DNA from: Candidatus Pelagibacterales bacterium
GTDB taxonomy: Bacteria; Pseudomonadota; Alphaproteobacteria; Pelagibacterales; Pelagibacteraceae
Length of the DNA: 49,849 nucleotides
Assembly: GCA_004213155.1 (NCBI GenBank)
Contig: SHAN01000001.1
Coordinates: forward strand, 1 to 49,849
Reading direction: 5' to 3'
The stretch's first letter is position 1; the number at the start of each line of letters is the position of its first letter. Under the pieces are notes generated by a model that did not search any database, was not told where the DNA came from, and was given only the letters and a program-made list of their open reading frames with translations. Below are positions 49,353 to 49,849 of the stretch, piece by piece. A program made the translations under genes and the position numbers.

Positions 49353-49849
49353 TTAAAATTCAAGATAATAAGTTTTATCTTTTATCTTTTTTAAAGATAT
49401 GTAGTCACGACCATAATTTCTTAAAGTATCTATTGTGATTGTTTCTAATCTCTCAAGATGTCCCTCACGTTCTAATTTTCCCTTAATGTATTCACCTAAT
49501 ATTTCTCTATTATCTTTAGTAGTAATTGCCTTGAAACCAGCTGAAGCAGTAATCATATTTAATTTATAATATTTACTGTCGTCAACCACGTAGGCAGTAA
49601 ATTTCCCTTTTGGATAATCTTTTGTTCTTTCATCTTTTTCTGATGTAATTTCAACTTCATACCAGGGTCTTGGGCTATATTTTCCAGTCTTAGGATTTTT
49701 TCTACCTTTTTCAAAATATAGATTTAGAGATGATCTTGGTTGTTCATCTACTCTAAGTTTAATTTTTGTTTCGCTTAATGATTTTAATTTAGGAAATAAT
49801 GATTTTGATATTTCATATTTAGATAATTTTTCTTTAATTTTTTTTTTCT
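49353..49849 (-). CDS. hypothetical protein, C-terminal part (5-prime end outside window); possible DNA-binding/nuclease-associated domain
   Basis: I checked codon by codon that the frame stays open from the GTG listed at 49589 up to the window edge. The C-terminal 165 aa read ..SLNLYFEKGRKNPKTGKYSPRPWYEVEI..KGKFTAYVVDD..ILGEYIKGKLE..YGRDYISLKKIKDKTYYLEF. Confidence 0.5.
   Translation of the reverse strand, partial: KKKIKEKLSKYEISKSLFPKLKSLSETKIKLRVDEQPRSSLNLYFEKGRKNPKTGKYSPRPWYEVEITSEKDERTKDYPKGKFTAYVVDDSKYYKLNMITASAGFKAITTKDNREILGEYIKGKLEREGHLERLETITIDTLRNYGRDYISLKKIKDKTYYLEF

Noticed and set aside
1-49849. A search for CRISPR arrays, IS elements or transposases, integrases, prophage genes, rRNA, toxin-antitoxin pairs and long direct or inverted repeats.
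   Set aside because: I recognised none by eye. The only tandem duplication is the SMR-fold gene pair, and the only RNA gene found is tRNA-Gly. A computational repeat and ncRNA scan is still needed to exclude subtle elements.

Overview
This is a very AT-rich, extremely gene-dense chromosomal segment. I call 63 CDSs (two run off the window edges), 1 tRNA, and a few terminator, promoter, parS and origin calls. Most intergenic gaps are under 100 bp, and many genes overlap by 1-8 nt. Gene content and order match the origin-proximal region of an alphaproteobacterium. On the minus strand run parB-parA-rsmG-mnmG-mnmE ... rho-hemJ-hemH-hemE. A 283-bp AT-rich gap follows, then a DUF299/PDRP gene, maf, aroE, coaE and dnaQ on the plus strand. 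After that come secB, fxsA, a Tim44-like gene, an Smr-domain gene, hslVU, hisBHAFE, lolA, ftsK, tRNA-Gly, phhB, purH, rpe and an acetate-type module (DUF4212, Na+/solute symporter, acs). The composition and streamlining suggest a SAR11/Pelagibacterales-like genome, but this is inference only. I saw no rRNA, CRISPR array, transposase, integrase or obvious prophage. Most of the window is ordinary core genome. The points worth a second look are listed here. (1) The hemE/DUF299 gap is a likely replication origin and carries a 9-mer repeated three times exactly. (2) A near-consensus parS lies inside rsmG. (3) About 5 kb (11 genes) of small unknown-function genes sit between mnmE and rho. They include a tandem pair of SMR-fold proteins that both lack the canonical membrane-embedded Glu and the conserved Trp. 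(4) An EVE-domain gene sits next to a truncated ORF at the right edge that may be nuclease-associated. (5) Several streamlining oddities occur: TTAA shared stops, head-to-head starts on an ATGCAT palindrome, a gene starting 5 nt after a tRNA, and a poly-Lys extension on Acs. I did not find a convincing, clearly delimited novel multi-gene system. All family assignments come from motif recognition by eye and need HMM or BLAST confirmation.
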